In this document: piece by piece, positions 36,974 through 51,355 of the stretch | How the letters are laid out: every line of letters begins with the position of its first letter | Position numbering within the stretch: position 1 is the first letter of the stretch | Source of the DNA: Nageia nagi | Taxonomy: Eukaryota > Plantae > Pinophyta | Length of the DNA stretch: 64,000 bases | Assembly (NCBI GenBank): GCA_050084985.1 | Contig: JBITNC010000001.1 | Coordinates: forward strand, 2,914,001 to 2,978,000 | Direction: 5' to 3' | Position numbers and translations under genes: made by a program | Notes under the pieces: model-generated | What the model was told of the DNA's origin: nothing | The model's input: the letters and a program-made list of their open reading frames with translations, nothing else | Database searches by the model: none

Positions 36974-39900
36974 TGTTGTGGTCTAGGATTGAGGTTTTTC
37001 TTATATATTCATTGTAATGAGCCATTTGTGATGAATTTTTCATCACAAGCAATAATATAGGAGGAGGAGAAGCTCTTGATATGTTGGATTAGCCCACATT
37101 GGGTGAACTAGGGTAAATCTTGTGTGTTCCTTGTGTTTATGAGATTGTGATTTTTTTATTAATTCATTTTTGCACTATAATTTTAGAATAGGTTTAGATA
37201 AGACTCTTCATCTAATATCAAAGTTGAGGTTTTTTGGCCATAGAGGGATGCCTTTATTGCTAGGGTTAAAGTTATTTTAAGAGGATCTAGGGTTTTTAGT
37301 TATTTTAGAAAACCTATTCTGAAGTGGGAGCTTCGTGTATAAAGATCTTAAAGAAGAAAAATATCTAAAAGTCAATCAAGGATTGACATTGAAATATTTG
37401 ATGGAATAAACTTTGAGTTATGGAAGCTAAAGATGGAGGATCTACTCATAGACAAATATCTATAGTTTAGTGTCTCTGAAAAGAAACCAGATAATACTTT
37501 TGATGAAGATTAGGAGAAATTGAATCGAAAAGTAAGGCGTTTGATTTGATTGTGTCTAGCTGATTCAATGTTGATTAATATTTTTAGAGAAAAGACTGCA
37601 AAGGCTCTCTAGGAGAAGTTGGGGGCTTTGTATCAAAGTAAGTCCTTAGTTAACAAACTCTTACTTAGAAAGAAATTGTACAATCTTCAGATGTATGAAG
37701 AAGATTCAATAGCAAATCAATTCAATATGATAGTTAGCTAACTCCAATCTATTGATGTTAAGATTGTAGAAGAAGATAAATGCATTACATTATTATGCTC
37801 TCTACCAAATTTGTAGGATAATCTAGGAATAATTCTTTTGATTTATCCTTTACATATGGTGGCATATTTGTTATCAAAAGATTTGAGGAGAAGATCCATG
37901 AAGAGCACATCAAATGATGCCCCAATGGTAAGAGGACACATAAAGGAAAGATAGAAATCAAGATCCGGTGATAAATCAAAATCCAGAGGTAAATCTGGTG
38001 GTAGATCTAAGTCTCGAGGTAGATTTGGTCCTAAACGTTGGAGTTGTGGCAAAATTGGCCATTTGAAGAGAGATTATAAATGAAAATGTGTATATTGAAG
38101 GAAGAAATATAAATAATCCACTTTTGTAGAAGCTAATAAATCCAATGATGAAGTTGGGGATGCATATTTAGCATCATGCTCCACTAGATTAGATCGAAAT
38201 AGTTGGGTAATCGATACAACAGCCTCTTTTCATATGACTCCTCATAGGGAGTGGTTTTACAAATATGAAGAATATGATAGAGGGGAGGTGCTCTTAGGAG
38301 ATGATAATCCTTATGAAATCGTTAGTCATAAAAGGGTGAAAATAAAGTTTCATGATGGTAGGTCCAAGGTGTGGCACACATCCCTCATCTTGCTAGAAAT
38401 TTGAATTTTGTAAGCAAGATGGTTGATGCAAATATAGATTTTAGTATCAATAAGATTGGATGTAAATTGGTTCATGGATCAATGGTATTGGTACGAGGGG
38501 TTCAAGATGAAACCTTGTATAGATTATTGGGAAGCATTATGATAACTTAGTGCATCTATTTATGAGGCTAAATAAGATGGAGCTTTAGTTGATATGTCAA
38601 CACTCTGGCATCAAAGAATGGGATATATTAGAGAAAAGGCATTGCAAACTTTATATACAAAAGGTATGGTTGAAGGATTTCCTAATTTCTCTATGGATTT
38701 TGATTTTTGTGAGCATTATCTTTATGGCAAGCAAAAACATGTGAGTTTCCCATCTAGTGCTACAAGATCTAAAGGAGTTCTAGATTTGATCCATAGTGAT
38801 GTTTTTGGTCATGTTCCTATACCATCCCTTTGAAAATCATGGTACTATGTTTCTTTTATTGATGATTTTTTGAGATATTCATGGATCTATTTTCTTAAGA
38901 GCAAATCTAAAGTGTTTGATAAATTTTAAGAATTTAAAGCACTTGTTGAGAACCAAAATGGAAAGAAAATCAATGTGTTGAGGAGTGATAATGGAGGAGA
39001 ATATTGTTCAAATAAGTTTGAGGAATTCTATAAGAAATGTGGTATTGCATGGCAGAAGACTACTCCATATACACTTAAACAGAATGGAGTTGCTGAGAGA
39101 TTGAATAGATCTCTTATAGAAAAGGTAAGTAACATGTTGAGTGGTGTTGGATTGGCATAGGAATTCTAGGCAGAAGTAGCAGATACAATGTGCTACCTGT
39201 TAAATCAGTATCCTACATCATCTTTGCTTGACCAAACTCCATTTGAAGCATTATTTTGTAAGAAACCCTCTTTGTCATATATTAATTTTTTTGGTTGTGA
39301 TGCATTCATGCATATTCCAAAGGAGACAGCTTATCAACAAGGTTGTTAAGTGTATCTTTATTGGATATAAAGATGGTGTTAAAGGTTATAAACTTTGGAA
39401 TCCATAAACCAAGAATATTGCCTATAATATAGATGTGGTGTTTAGAGAATTGAAAAATGATCCTAGGAATGAAGTAACACAAGAAGAATTGAAAAAGGAG
39501 CAATTTAAGTTGATGGAAGATGAGTCCTACTCAACAAAAGTAGAAAAAGAAGAGGATGAACCAAAGTTTCATATATCAATATTAAGGAGATCAACATATA
39601 AAAGAAGGAAACATGAAAGGTATAGGCAAATTGATTTTCATTCTTCTTTTACTTTATATGTTATTGATGAAGACCCTAGAACTTTTAAAGATGCAGTTAA
39701 TTATGAAGAGGCAAATCTTTAGGAAGAGGCCACAAATGAAGAAATGAAGTCTCTTGAAAAGAATAAGACATGGGATCTGGTATAATTGCCTACTGAAAGA
39801 AAGGCAATTTGGTACAAATGAGTCTTCAATAAGAAGTAGAATGTTGAAGGAAAAGTAGAGAAATATAAATCTTGCCTTATTGCTAAAGGCTATTGATAGG

Positions 39901-40606
39901 TAGAAGGAATTGACTATGGTGAGATATTTTCTCTTGTTACAAAATTAACCTCAATAATATGTCTTTTGTTTATAGTTGTTGCATTTGATCTTGAAATATA
40001 ACAAGTGGATGTAAAAATTGCTTTCCTTCATGTGGAATTGGAGGAGGAAATTTATATGAAACAGCCTAAAGGATTTGTTGAGGTAGGAATGGAAAATCTT
40101 ATTTGTAAGTTAAAGAAATCTTTGTATGTACTAAAATAGACACCTAGGATGTGGTATCAAAAATTTGATAATTATGTTTTAAGACTTGGTTTTATTCATA
40201 GTAATGATGATCATTGTATATACATAAAGCAAGTTAATGATGATTTTATTATCATAACATTGTATGTTGATGATATGTTGTTGATTGGGAATAGTAGTAA
40301 AATGGTCAATGTTGTGTAGTCTTTGTTAGCACAATAGTTTGATATGAAAGACCTTGGACCTGTAAATTACATTTTGGGTATGCAAATAAGGAGAGATAGG
40401 TCAAATAGAAAGTTGTGGCTAGATCAAAAAAAATATATCGAGACTATATTAAAGAGATTTAATATGCATGATTCCAAACCTTTAAAAACTCTTATAGCTT
40501 TGGAAACCAAATTGTCTGTTGAACAATGCCCAAAGATAAAAGAAGAAGTTGAAGAAATATCTCATGTTCCTTATGCAAATGTTGTTGGGAGTTTAATGTA
40601 TACCAT
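36974..40606 (+). mobile_element. Degenerate, 3'-truncated Ty1/copia element D
   Basis: LTR-like 36974-37210 and decayed PBS. gag FDGINFELWKLKMEDLL, knuckle WSCGKIGHLKRD, protease WVIDTTASFHM, LWHQRMG, LIHSDVFG, LRSDNGGEY, QNGVAER, RT LYVDDML at ~40260. Ends at GSLMYTMV. Confidence 0.92.
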
Positions 40607-41930
40607 GGTTTATAGAAAGCAAGATGGCTTTCATTCACAAGTTAGTGATGATTAAATTTATGCTTCAGATATGATTTATCCTTTGTATGGAAATGTTATG
40701 GATTTATAAAGTAGTTTTAAAACACTAGAACACATTTTTGGTAAGGATATATAAGTTGTTTAAAGAATAGATTAAGTGTTGAATTTGACCTAGGAGATCT
40801 CAAAAAAATAAATTTGGCTTTATGAGGGTCATAAGTCCTTATGTAGCAATATTTTTATATTATAAAACCTATACAAGGATAATATTTAGCATATCTTCAC
40901 AACTTAATTATGTGAGAAATAATCATTCATATGTTGTTGCTCCTTGTTTTTAAGTCCTCTATTTTTAAGACATAAGAGAGAATATAGCATAACCAAAACA
41001 AGCTTGGTGATTTTACTGTACAACTTAATTATATGAGAAATAATCATCCAAGTACTTAATTGATATATAATTACTTTTGGACAACCTTTGATAGGTCTTA
41101 CAAATAAAGGGGTTTACAAGGATGTTAAAAGACTTATCTATTGAGAAATATGTTAATTGAATAACTAAGAAAATGAAATATGTTACATATAAAGTTCATG
41201 GATGGAAATAGATTATAAAGATGTTGTTTGAGAATGGTATTCTCATGTTCAACTGAATCTACTAAATGAAAAATCCTTATGAAACCCATAACAAAATACT
41301 AAAATACACTCCTACATGTTCCAAATGTTTACAACAACAATCGGCACAAAAATGGAAACCAACCAAGTTAAGAAAATAACCAATAATAAAAAATAGTCAC
41401 ACTCTACCCATGTAATAAAGCATATCAGTATGCATCAAACTAACTAGTCAGAAAGGTCAGATCAATTGTTTGACTTTTTTTATTAGTCATTCGAGTAGTA
41501 TGTGGATTAGATTATTGATTGGTATTCTAAGGGGTTGTACCTATCATGTTTGATTACAAAATGTCAAAATATTGATGATGTCATGCTTTGATCAGACTTA
41601 AACTTCAATACTATTTGTTTATCTAATTGAAGAGGTTATGAGTGGCTTGGGTATCAATAATGATATTTTAAAAAAAATAAGGAAGTTTATTCCTAAATTT
41701 ATAAAGTGGAATAGGACTATATAATGCAAGTTCAAAATCATGATAATAAAACAATAAAGTAAATATAATTATAATTAGTGTGGGTGTGCTTTGCCACCTT
41801 TTTTATTCCTTTTTTCTTTTATAATCATGCATTTTACCCTTGCTTTAAAATCTTTTCCTTTCCTTGGGTTTGACCCATTGGATCTCCATATCTCACTCCC
41901 CTTCTTGATGACTACAATTAATATTCAACT

Positions 41931-44073
41931 ATGAGTGATGAATGTCCAAATTTAGGATAACCATGGTAGCTCCTCAAAGGTCTTCGCAAAGCCTCTTTTC
42001 ATAAGAGGCAAGCATGATCACTAGTCCTCCTCTACAAGTAGAAAAATTAATTGATGGAATCTTAAACCTTAACATCTTGTGGGAAATTATTGATCAATCC
42101 ATAAAAAGAGGATGTTACAACTTGATCGATAAACTCCATAGTGTTAGGCTGGGCAAAACTAAGATGGAAGAACAAAAGAAGCATGGAAATTATTTCATAT
42201 TTGAATGACAACATGATGTTCACATTAAATTATGTTGAAATTTGAGACTTCATCATAAGCACCTCATGGTTCTTCGAGAAGTACATATTGTTTATAGAAA
42301 AATGGAGGCTTGGTTTTTAATTTGGTTAAAGCATAAAATATGATGGATCTAATATGGGTTACTATTTTGCATATTCCATTCAACTTCTGGAATTATAAAG
42401 TTTTTGAAGGAATTATGAGACCTTTCAAAAAGTTTATAACAACAAATAATGTATCAAAGGCTCAATCAAGAATGGTAGTGGCAAGGTTCTATGTCAGGTA
42501 AAGTGGAGGAAGGAAAAATTCTAAATGATCATGAAGTAAATAATAATAATAAAAAATATAATAGGTAGGAATAATCAAAGTAAAATTTAATGGTTATACC
42601 AATGGAATTGACAACCATAGATAACCAAAGAGAGACTATTTAAAGACACCTTGAGGTGGAGGCACAAACTAGTCAACCTAAAAAGGAAAGATGGATAAAG
42701 GGGAGATTTGAGGGTAAATCACTTAACAAAGAAGGAATCATAAATAATCATATAAAAAGTCAATCAAACTTTGAGGAGACCTTAGTTAAGGAAATATACT
42801 TTATCAATAATGATCTTATAATTAACATGAAGTACATCTAAAAGAGCAAACTATACATTCAAACATGTTAGGTGTCCAATAGAAGGAGAATTTAAAGAGA
42901 AATAAACTACAAGGGAGGTGGCAGATGGTAAGCAATCAACAATAGATGGTTTTAGAGTAGAGAACCCACAAAAGCTAATAAAAGATTATCATCATCTCAT
43001 GAAATACGAGGGGGTTAAATTACCCCTATATGTATATGATTTTGTGTGATGATTGTAGGAGATTAAAGCTTTATATTTTATCATTGTAAGAAACAAAATT
43101 TAGATAAGAGAAGATACAATATATTAAACATAGAGTCTAAAGTGAAGCAAGTATGGAAGTTATTTTGGCTCAAGGGAAGTAAAAAGGAATTATTACTTTC
43201 TAGAAATTAGAGAAATTAGCAATTGGTTTGATCCTCTCATCCTTAAATTTATTGTACTTAATGCTAATTGAAAATAGTTTGGAACCAAGATCCACATTTT
43301 GGATATGAATAAACCAAACACACTTTTGGGAAGAAAGGTATTATGGATGCAAATGGAAATATTAATGAGTGATAAGCTTGGTGATCCATATATTGTTATT
43401 TTATATTTCAAACACACCCTTGAATTATTATGAGAAACTAGGAGGGATCCTTGATGCACCTTAGTTAGAATCAATGAAGGGTTTGGATGACTTTGTTGAT
43501 AACTCAAGTGTGCTGAATTTGGAGTTCCATGGGAGCAAAAATAATTAGTTAAATAGGCATAAAGAAATGGAAATTATCATTAGTAGGATGGATAGGATCT
43601 TGATCTCAATGTGCTGGGTTCATTTATTCCTAAACTACTTAATGTAATCTCTTCCAAGAATAGGATCATACCATAAATCCATTACTTCTTAAGATATAAA
43701 TTTAGAATAAAAAAGTAACTTATTTCAATTTGAAAATATATGGGTAACAAACTTGGAATTGGAACCAAAAGTCATGAAATGGTGGAATGTGTAGTTCATG
43801 GTACAAAAATGTTTTAAATTTTCAAAAACCTCCAACATATAAAGGCAAAACTAAGACTTGAAACTAGGTCTTTGGGAGAATCCAAGATGAAAATAACCAC
43901 ATCAAAGAAAGGATTGAAGATATTGATAATTAAATTATGGAAAGGAGGAGAACTTCATAACTCATTACTAAATAAAAAGAAGCCCTTTGCAAACTTCAAA
44001 TAGTTTGGCATGTGAAGAAAAACATTGGCATCAAATATCCAAGGTAACATAGTCGGAGGCTGAAGATTAAAAT
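41931..44073 (+). mobile_element. Degenerate L1 LINE 5' part, copy 2
   Basis: Paralogous to 29840-32711 with the same 3' truncation point. Confidence 0.85.
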
Positions 44074-46382
44074 TGATCCAAAATGGATCATATATAATGA
44101 ATACCAAGTATCATTAGAGTGAGAAGTTGATAAATTCTCATGCTTTGGTGGCATTTCGATCATTTGTTAATGGTCTTGTGGAGTTTTCATATCTACGACT
44201 TGTCATAAAAATGGATCAGTAATATTTTTAAGGTATAACTTTTGGTAGATATATCCAATTGGGTTGATTCTTTTTGCATTATATGGTAATCAAATATATC
44301 TTTCCAATGATTATAAGAATACCTACCTTTGTGGAATATTTGACCTTCATAAGAGATATTTTCATGCAAACTATCCTTATCTAAAATACTACAAGAAAGG
44401 CATCCACATAGTGCTATCAGTCAAAATAGGGTGTCCATGCCATTGTAACAATGGAACCTTGAGGAAAGTGAAGCATCATGGACATCTTGTGAAGGAATAT
44501 GGAGTGAAAGGTCATTGTAAGAAAAAGAGATAGGTTTGATAATGAAAAATAAATCCTTAAGTGCCATTTAAAAGAAGAAAGGAAGAAGAAGAGAGAAAGA
44601 ATAACAAGAGAGGAAGAGAAGGAAAAGAGTGGAGCCATTATTATGGCTAGTTGATATCACATGTGGAACATACCAAACCATAAATGATACATAGTTTCAG
44701 TCACATACTTCTTTTATTTTCCATATTCAATATTGTAAGATTAGAATGAAAAACATCATAGTCATTATATGCTTCTATATTTGTTGTTGGTTGGGTGAAA
44801 AAGATCATAGCCTATTGATCAGTATGTGATGTTAGAACCTTAGTGTAGGGTGAAAAATATCATAGTCATTCTATGATATTCTTTATTATGTATTGGATAG
44901 AATGTATAATGTAATGGTGACAAATTGCTTCATATGTGAGAATATTTTATTTTATGGAAAACTATGATATGTGTTTTTAGTACGTATCTTTCCTAGTTAT
45001 TGTTGGTATTTACAATAGTTAGAGATAAAATAAAACCTTCATGTTCAAGAGGAATGATCTAATAAGCTTGTAGAAGTTTTTCAACTAGTTGTTGAGAGTA
45101 CTCACTGATAATATTTGAGAGTAGAGCTAGGATCATGGATGGTATTGAAGATAAAAATTAGAAATGAAAATATTATCAAAGGAACAACACTGATGCTATG
45201 ATTGCATAGATAGGAATAATGTATATGTCATTGCAATAGTGAGAAATGTAATCTTGAGTTGTATAACATATTTACAACTTGGAGAATATTATATATCATA
45301 TTTAATTGATCAAGAGAGGGGCAAAGAAGATCATAAGAAATGCTAAATAAGGTGTAGAAGTTTCCAAAAAGAAAGACATAATATCTAGCTTTATGGTTAT
45401 GGATTCCAAAATTATTGATCAATAATAAAATCATAGATTAAAAGGGGATATACTGTCACATTGAGGGAACCTCTATAAATATTTATATTATTTATGTAGA
45501 TGTTCATCCTTTATTAGTTATGTGTTGATATTGGTGCATATTAAGAACATAAAGAGCATAGAGAGAAACAAAAATATTCTGAAATTTGTATTTGATGATC
45601 CAAGTAGGCCATAGGATTCCAATGATTACAAATCATGTGGTATTAAAGTTGTTTGATATTGCTTTGCTAATTGGTAATCCATTACAAGAATACTTGGAAT
45701 TCTTGAATGCATTAATAAAGGTGCAAGAATGTAAAACAAAAGAGGCATAACATCATTTGGAAAGAGGAAACTACTTCAAATTTGGAGATATAGATTCTTA
45801 AAAAAAATTCATAAGCATTTGGAGACCAAATTTCTCCTCATTCGGAGGTGTAATCCAAAATGGATCATATATAATGACTACCAAGTATCATTTGAGTGAG
45901 AATTTGATAAATTCTCTTGCTTGGGTGGTATTTGGAGCATTTCATAATGGTCTTATGGAGTTATCATATCTAGAACTTGTCATAAAAATAGATCAGTCAT
46001 CTTTGGGAAGGAATAACTTTTGATAGAGATATCCTATTGAATTTATTCTTTTTGCATTGTATGTTCATCAAAGATACCTTTCTCTTCATAAGATATATTT
46101 TCCTGTAAACTATCCTTATCTAAAATACTATAGGAAGGGCATCCACATTGTGTTATCAATCAAAAGAGGTCATCCACATCATTGGAACAATGGAACCTCA
46201 AGGCAAATGAAGCATAATGGACATCTCCTAGACCTAGATGAAGTGAAATATCATTGGAAGGAAAAGAGACAAGTTTGAAATTAAAAAATAAATCCTTAAG
46301 GATAATTTGGAAAAAGAAATAAATAAGAGAGAAAGAAGAAGAGAAGGAAAAGAGTGGATTCATTATTGTGGCAGGTTGCTAC
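44074..46382 (+). mobile_element. Non-autonomous LTR element, copy 2 (3' LTR truncated)
   Basis: LTR 44074-45014; second LTR from ~45851, cut at 46382 by another LTR. Confidence 0.75.
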
Positions 46383-47374
46383 TGTTGGAATGTATAATGC
46401 ATTATTATAAGGTCTCTTGATGTAAATTCACTTAATACTTAAAGGTACCCTAGATACCTTAAGTATTTAGTGAATATGATAATGTATATTCACTAATAAT
46501 TAAAAGTATCCATAAATACCTTTTAAGTATTTGTGAATAAAATAATGTAACTTATCCTTCACTCCATCTCATGGATACACCCCTTGGGTAAAAGGGTGTT
46601 GCATGGCATGAATTTGTATAATGGCTTAAAGAGTGATCCAAGGGAGAATTTTGGCCTATAAATAGAGGGACCTCTCCTTGAGATTACTCACTCAAGTTTG
46701 TAGTATTATTATGCTTCAGGATTGTTATTGCAAGAGAGTGCATCTTGAGAATAAATATCTTAGATTAGTGCATGTACTCCCATGGTTTGAGGAACCACTT
46801 TATATTGGTGTTAAGCTTATGATATTGGCTACTGTGTTATGTTTTTATGTTGATGTTTTAGCAAGATTTCATGAGATATTGGTAGAAGAGGATTTTAGTC
46901 TATTAGGCTTAGTTCTCTCAAGTGGTATTTAGTGCCATCCTTGAAGGCTTTTCTTCAACATCTTGGAGGTCATTCCTTATTCTTCGTCCTACTTCATTGG
47001 TGAGGTAGAATCAATTTTAAGGTATAACATCTCTTTTTTATTCTTTGAGATTATTTTTCAATGATACTAATATTTTTTTTACTATGTATGTATAATTGTT
47101 TTGAAAAATTTGCTTACATATTATTACTTTCCAATTTTTTTACTAACATAATGTTGTTAGTTATAAATTTTTTAAGTATATTTGCTTAAAATATAGCAAT
47201 AATGTGTTGTAATATTTTTCATGAACCTTGTTATTTTTTAAATTTGCAATATTTTTTGAAATATTAAAAATTTACAATTTTTTTACACTAATATTTAGTG
47301 TAGATATGTTAAAAAAAAGTTACAAATTTTTTTAGTTTTACAACATTGCAAAAGTGTTATTATTGCAATAGCAA
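46383..47374 (+). mobile_element. 5' LTR, PBS and AT-rich leader of a truncated copia-family element
   Basis: TGTTGGAATGTATAATGC...CTCTCA at 46383-46920, followed by the decayed PBS AGTGGTATTTAGTGCC. Confidence 0.8.
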
Positions 47375-50300
47375 TTTTTTTTTATAATTTTTTTATAAGA
47401 GTAAATTTATTAAAGGGGATTATTTATACAAAGCTCCCAAAACCTATGTTACATTTAGATTTTAAACATATGGACATTTGATACATATTTTAATAAAAAA
47501 GGGTCAAACATAATGGCTACGCATGCCATATTAATCATCTTCCTCCTCTGTAGGATTTGCCACTTGTATGAATGCATGTTCATTCAAAGTTTAATGCTTT
47601 AGGACCTCCAGATTTTTTTTATGTAGCTCAAAAGTGGAACAAAATACCACCAACTCTATTTCTATGTGAATTGGGATAGCTTTAGGAATTTCTTCACGTT
47701 GCATGGCTATGGATACTTTAACTTATTTCCTTTTGATCATGAAATTGTCATCCCAATGTTTATGGATTATTTCCCTAAGTGACCTAATGTTATCCCATTC
47801 TTCTGAGTTCCCCTATTATGTGATGTTGAAGAAGAATTTAAAGGGTTTTTTTGGCCAAAGCTGCTCCCCTCTAGTTCAAATGGTCTAGGTTCCATTTCCA
47901 TAATGTTTTTTGAGAATTTCTAATATTAGGGCATATTATATCATAGATAAAGGATCCTTATTAATATCCAAAGGTAGAGGCTTCTCAATCATAGGAAAAG
48001 GCTCCTTCATAATCTTTATAGGCAGGGGATCCTCCATTATAGGCAAAGTCTCCTTAGTTATCTCTAAAGGGAAAGTCTCCTCTATAAACTCTAAGGGTGA
48101 GCTTTCCTCCATTATCACCTTGGGCAAATTTTCCTCCATCAAATTTGAAGGCTTATAATATGAATCTACTAACTTTGAGGTATATAAGTCATATGAAATA
48201 TCTATTAATGATGATCAAGACTCCTTTAATAGTTCATTAGCCTTACTTGGGGGCATGGGATTTCAAATTTAACAAGTTTTAGAGCAAGAGGTGAGGAGGA
48301 AGAATTCAGGTACTATTGCACCAGAGAAAAATCATCTGCTTGAGAATCCAAAGGAACCATTTGCATATGAATAATTAATCATGCACTCCCCCTAGCAAAT
48401 CTAATCAAAATTTTGATCAGGCCCTAATGAAGGGGCTTTTTTCCCCTATTCTTACGAATATAGGAATCCATCGAATGATATAAGAAATATGGTAAATTTA
48501 CTTATAACTTTCCTCTGAAGTGGACTAGCAAGGGGAAGTGGAAGCCACTAATATTTGAATGTCATCCTTCCAGAGTGAAGAGTTTAACCAAAGCCTTAGC
48601 AACTTCATTTAATGGGTATGGAATATCACACACTACATAGGCAAATACCCTTCTCTTAGAGATTTGTTCACCTAGCTTAAGCAAGTTTTGGACCTCCTTT
48701 CTAGTTGAGAGAATGTCCTAAAAGTTTTTGACCTTAACATTGGCCATCCTCATAGCCTACAAAATCAATTTTGCACTAATCCTTAAGTGATGATTATCAA
48801 CTTGCACCTAACCTTCATCCTAAGAGCCTGCAACATGTGTAGACCATATTGGGTTATATTCATCAAGGACCTTAACAAAGCCTCTTATTACTCCATTACA
48901 CAACATATTCTAAACTAGAGAATCCTCTTTGAATTCATTTCCATTTTTTGGCTCAATGTGACTCTATCTAGTCATGGTGCTCATTGTATGAAGAATACAA
49001 CCCAAAATACAAGTGCACCATCCTAAAAGCTTTGTAGCTAAAATGTTGGTTTTTGAGTATTTAGAAATCTTTGTCATCCATGGGTCCTTTTCATCCATGA
49101 TCCTTAATAGTTTGATTGATGATAATCCTACGGAGTTGCCTAGCGACATGATGTCCCATGCGATCTCCACCTTGCATGGCATGCCTATATCATTCCTTGT
49201 GGGAGCCATTCTTCGATCGCCCCTCCCTACCATGGCTAATATCTTCCTTTTGGATGAGTTTCTAGTTTTCATCCACCATGCTTTGTATATTTCTAGTTAG
49301 TAATTGAGGATTCTTGGTTTTGTACTAAAATATCCTCTTGTTCCTTTCTTTCCATAGTTCTCACAATAGATGAGGAAGTGTTATGGTTCTCCACTATTTG
49401 TTAGTCTTTTTCCTAGCAATATATGGAGGTTTGGGTGGCCATTTTGTAATGACCTTTGATATTGATATCCCAGGCTCATGTCTTAGGTCTCCCAGCAACC
49501 CCGACCATACATCCTTGGTGAATGGGAAATGTAAGCAAAGGTGGTCTATCGATTCTTCATCCAAGGTGCAGAGGGGGTATATGTTGAGTATGATATCCAT
49601 CTTTCATGGAGGTTATCTTGGGTTAGGATCCTTTTCTTATGTATGAGCTAATATAAGTGTTTGACTTTAGGAATAACTCCTTTGATCCAAACTTTTTTGA
49701 AAGGGAATGGCTCACTAGGGAGATGAGGGATCTGTATCCTGATTTAACAGTGTAGGCCCCATCTTTTTCTCTTTTATAATATGGATTATCATTAAGGTCA
49801 GGCCTTAAAGTTTTTTAAAGCTTCAATTGATCTTCAATTTGTTGGGCTTATGCCTGGAGAGCTATATTATTAGGGTTAATCCATGTCAAAGTGTTTTGGC
49901 CATTTACCACCTTAGAGTAAGAGGCAACTATTTTTACAATTGAGTTGAGACTCCATTGAGCCAGATTTTGCATCCCATCCATGGATTGGAAATAGTCATT
50001 ATTTTCCCAATCATCACTCAAGAATTCGATAGATCTGCCATCCCCTATGCACCATGTTATGTTTTCCTCTATCATTAGTTTGACCTAATCTAATCCTTTC
50101 TAGAAGGTTGACTTCCTTTGCATGGGATCTACTTTAAAAAAATTTAGGTATCCCAAAGATATTTTCCTTATATAGTTTGACCCATCTATTATCTTTATTG
50201 CAACTTACTTGCCATGGAAGTTTTCCTCTAAGAGCCATGCTAAAATCCCTAATTTTCCTTAAGCTGAGTCCTCCATCTTTTATTGGCTTGAAGATCTTTT

Positions 50301-51355
50301 CCCAATTGACTAACACCATCCTCTTTTTATCTTCTAAGCTTGATTAGAGAAAATTATTATAGATTTGTCCTATGTTTTCACATAGGCTAGCACAAAGTTC
50401 AAACACAGAGGTGCAATAGATCGAAATACTTTGTAGGACTATTTTGACAAGCAAACATTTTCTAGAAATGTTCAAGGTTACACCCTTCTAACCTATTAGT
50501 TTCCTTTAGAATCTTTCCAAGAGGGAGGCCCTAGACATCCCAATGAATATTGGCATGCCTAGATAGATGCTTGGAAGTTTTACTACCTTGCATTGGAAGA
50601 TTTTTGTAATTTTTTACTATCTTCTAATGGGTGTGTGAGTGAAGCATAGCTTGCTTTTGTCAAAGTTCACCTTTTACTAAGAGGTCACTTCATAGGCTAT
50701 TAGAATCTAGAGGAAGTTTCTTACTTCAACCATTGAGGCTTTCCTCTTTAGGATTGTATCATATACAAACAGACCATGCATCATCATAGTTAGGGCTAAG
50801 GAAGGCTTTAAACCACCCTTGATTCTTCATATTGTTATGTTATATCTAATTCTTCTACCTAATGCTTCTGTAATGACAATGAACGATTAGGGGGAAATGG
50901 GATCCCCTTACTGTAGACACCTTTAAGATTGAAAAAAACCAACCACTTCCTCATTTATGAGGATCAAAAAGGAAGTTATGGATATACATTACATTATCTA
51001 GCCCCTCCATTGCTGAGAGAAATGAAATTTTGCACTAACTTTATCAAGGAAGCTCTAGTTGACTATGTCATTAGCTTTCTACATATCCAGCTTTAGGAAA
51101 AAAGTCGCTTCTTCTCTTATGTAAGTTGAGTGCAAAGTTTCATAGAGTTCAATAATGTCATCCCTAATTTATCTTCCTTAGACGAATCCTTCTTTCTTCA
51201 TAGATATAATTTTGTAGAGGAGTGGCTTGAGTCTGTTAGCTAGGGCTTTGGTCATTATTTTGTAGACTATGTTGCATAGACAGATTGGCTAAAAGTTCTT
51301 AAAGTTATTTACCTTGTTGATATTGGCCAGGAAGATGTCATTTCCAACTATTCTT

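Larger units (their letters stand above)
40607..46382 (+). repeat. Segmental duplication, copy 2 (paralog 28602-35343)
   Basis: Colinear with copy 1; lacks the solo LTR; fused to the RT of copia D. Confidence 0.92.
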
